DNA of 63,031 nt, the filler included, from Stramenopiles sp. TOSAG23-6 (taxonomy: Eukaryota): NCBI GenBank assembly GCA_900128565.1. It is 18 parts of 18 records of this genome, joined end to end, with 100 filler letters (N's around TTAATTAATTAA, not from the genome) between each part and the next. Parts side by side here need not be neighbours in the genome. Positions count along the whole stretch, not along the records: positions 59,647 to 63,031 come from LT637523.1; 17 more parts are not named here. One strand, given 5' to 3'. Made by a program: the position numbers and the translations under genes. How positions within the stretch are numbered: position 1 is the first letter of the stretch; every line of letters begins with the position of its first letter. The notes beneath the pieces are model-generated. The model was given only the letters and a program-made list of their open reading frames with translations, ran no database searches and was not told the origin of the DNA. This document shows, piece after piece, positions 60,704-63,031 of this stretch.

Positions 60704-61195
60704 ATGGCGGGTCCTTCTCAGCGTTATAGCAAAGTAGCTCAGGAAGAATCAATAGATGGAGAAGTTAAACCCAGTAGACCTTCAACAGAAGCTGATTTGA
60801 AAGTCCAGCGACATGCTATGATCGAAAAAATGAACAACAAAGCACATGCGTTCTTGTGGGTATCATTAATGTGTATTGTCGATTACTTATCGAATTTTTT
60901 AAATGTGGTTGTTAATGACGAGCGCCCCAATCGAAATTTTCTAAACGTTGGAATAATTAGCTTTGGTGTATGTTTTGTACTTATGTGTTACACCGTAATT
61001 GCCGAAAAAAAATCTGGTCAAGACATTCTTGATTACGCTCCTCGTGTAATTCCTGTGGCGGCGGTATTTGCCGTTACGTTTGTGATATGTATGATGATAG
61101 GACTTGCTCCAGTATTTGGATTACTCACTCCATTAATTTTAGGTTTAAACTTTTTTGGAGTAATTATGATGTTTCATTTTTTGCCTAGTATTTGA
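60704..61195 (+). CDS. TMEM128-like 4-TM protein
   Basis: HAFLWV, F..VV..D.R.NR.FL, Y..P..IPVA pattern; four hydrophobic segments. Confidence 0.6.
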   Translation: MAGPSQRYSKVAQEESIDGEVKPSRPSTEADLKVQRHAMIEKMNNKAHAFLWVSLMCIVDYLSNFLNVVVNDERPNRNFLNVGIISFGVCFVLMCYTVIAEKKSGQDILDYAPRVIPVAAVFAVTFVICMMIGLAPVFGLLTPLILGLNFFGVIMMFHFLPSI

Positions 61196-62811
61196 TTTGA
61201 GTGTAAAAATTATCTCTATTTTATGTTACAATAAAGTAGTCTATTATATGACGGTAAATTTATTTGAATGCTTTTTATTTTGGTTTAATTTTTTTTCTCA
61301 TTTCAATTGACAATTCGGATTTTTTGTGCATTTCAAAAGTAGAAGACACGAAATACAAGCGTTCATTGTAAACCCAAAAACAATATGTAATGTACTGCAT
61401 AAAGTAGAGAATGGCAATTCAGTATGAAAAACATAAAAACACAACAAAACTACAGTGTATGTAAAATAATTAAGAATGGATATAACTTTATTTTGTGGCT
61501 TTTTGTATTAAGTCAATTCCAATATTTTTATCGGGCTCCTTCGCCGGAAGCTACACGAATAATTTGAAGAATAGCTGTAAAGACCAAGAATATTTAGAAC
61601 AAGTTTTATGTTAGATATGAGTGGAGTTTGATATTGTATTGTTTGTACAGTATGGGAAGATATTATGCAAAAAATAAGTGGATAGTGCGAACTCAATGTC
61701 ACACAATATCCCAAATTTGATGCTCATAGTAAATTAGTAATGTAAAAAAAAAGAAGGGAATCAATTGACACATGCATACACCCACAAAAGAATAATATTA
61801 CAAAGAGTATTTTTAAAGGGATATTGTTACATACCTGAGCCACAAACGACAAAGAGGAAAAAAGCGAGAACAACTGGTCCAACAGTTGGGCCTTGTTCGC
61901 GTTCCTTTTTACCAGTTTGAACAATTCCTCTCTTGTTAATATTTTTAAGATGACGGTTGCTCTTTAAGCGCATCTTTGCTGGTGCATTGTTTCTTGGCAT
62001 ATTTAAAGTAATGAGAGGGTACGAGGGCCCAAGGAAATTATAATTGATGAGACAGAAAGAGTTTTCTAGCTCTAGCTAGTGAAGTTTTTCGTCGATCCTT
62101 TAGTCGCGTCGTATATACGAACGACACAGATAGTATAGGTAATATAGACGACGTGTCAACAAAAAAATGGTGACGTCATCGATCATCGTCATAATTTCTG
62201 TGGGGTTGGAACCCGGTAACGGGTTGGAACGACTAAAGTCTTTTCCGTAAAGGAATAGGTAAGGACAAAAGATCGCTTTTTTTTTCAGGTTTGTGCCACT
62301 CCGTACCAATTAAGTAACAAATATTTTTCAACAATTTTTTCATTTAAGAATAAAGTACATTGTATAATGTAGTTTATAAGCCTAAGGGTGTGTATTTGTA
62401 TTGTTATATGATGTAGTTTAATGCTACTTCTTTAGGTTGTTGTGTCTTGAGTTTTTAATGTAGTATTAAGCATTTAATTTTGGCCAGTTATTTTTCATTT
62501 ACAACAGGTACGTGCCATTTGTACCATTTAACTATGAATTTTTATTTAAAATTGATGAACGGCTGAATTGACAATCAAAACTATTTTTTTTTGACAAAAA
62601 CAAAAAACGTTTTTGACAAAACACAAAAACGTTTTTGTCATATATATGTTAATTTTCAAAAAACGTTTTTAGGCTTACATATTACATTTTTTGAAAAAAT
62701 AAGTACGAAATTTTGTACCAAAAAAAAATATTTAAGAAGTGTTTTCAAAACACTTCTCAAAAATGGCTTTACATATCACTTTACAAATCGCTTTACATTA
62801 TTTTATAGCAA

Positions 62812-63031
62812 CATTACGTACGAAATTTTGTACCAAAAAAAATATTTTGTCAAAAAAAAAAAAAGCAAATTTACATTTTTATGTAAATTGCTTTTCGTAC
62901 GAAATTTTGTACCAAAAATCGCATTACGTACGAAATTTTGTACCAAAAAAAATATTTTGTCAAAAAAAAAAAAAGCAAATTTACATTTTTATGTAAATTG
63001 CTTTTCGTACGAAATTTTGTACCAAAAATCG
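62812..63031 (+). repeat. 110-bp tandem repeat built from the intron-internal motif CGTACGAAATTTTGTACC
   Basis: Two units seen (period 110), each with two motif copies; an extra motif copy near 62703. Confidence 0.85.

Overview
AT-rich eukaryotic DNA, probably from a unicellular protist assembly (inference). It is not one locus: about 18 unlinked ~3.4-kb contigs are joined by an artificial N-TTAATTAATTAA-N linker, and one contig appears four times. Recognisable genes include UDP-glucose 6-dehydrogenase, gamma-COP, Sas10/Utp3, SYF1/XAB2, an MSP-domain + MAP3K-like kinase, a C2/EF-hand protein, a bestrophin-like protein, U-box/Sel1 and ankyrin proteins. The main result is a family of ~90-130-nt introns that mostly do not end in AG. 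Of about 28 introns delimited by restoring reading frames and conserved motifs, about 21 are GT-AT, 2 GT-AA and 5 GT-AG. They share a GTAYGT donor, an internal TTTCGTACGAAA palindrome fused to a GTACCTAAC branch-point-like motif, and an AAATATTTT/T-tract ~9-11 nt before the 3' end. Termini look like GTAT...ATAC inverted repeats flanked by an AT duplication, suggesting an introner-type mobile origin. Other highlights are two introns abutting with a zero-length exon, and a UIM-repeat protein with an apparently circularly permuted OTU deubiquitinase domain. All splice calls are from DNA only and need RNA confirmation.
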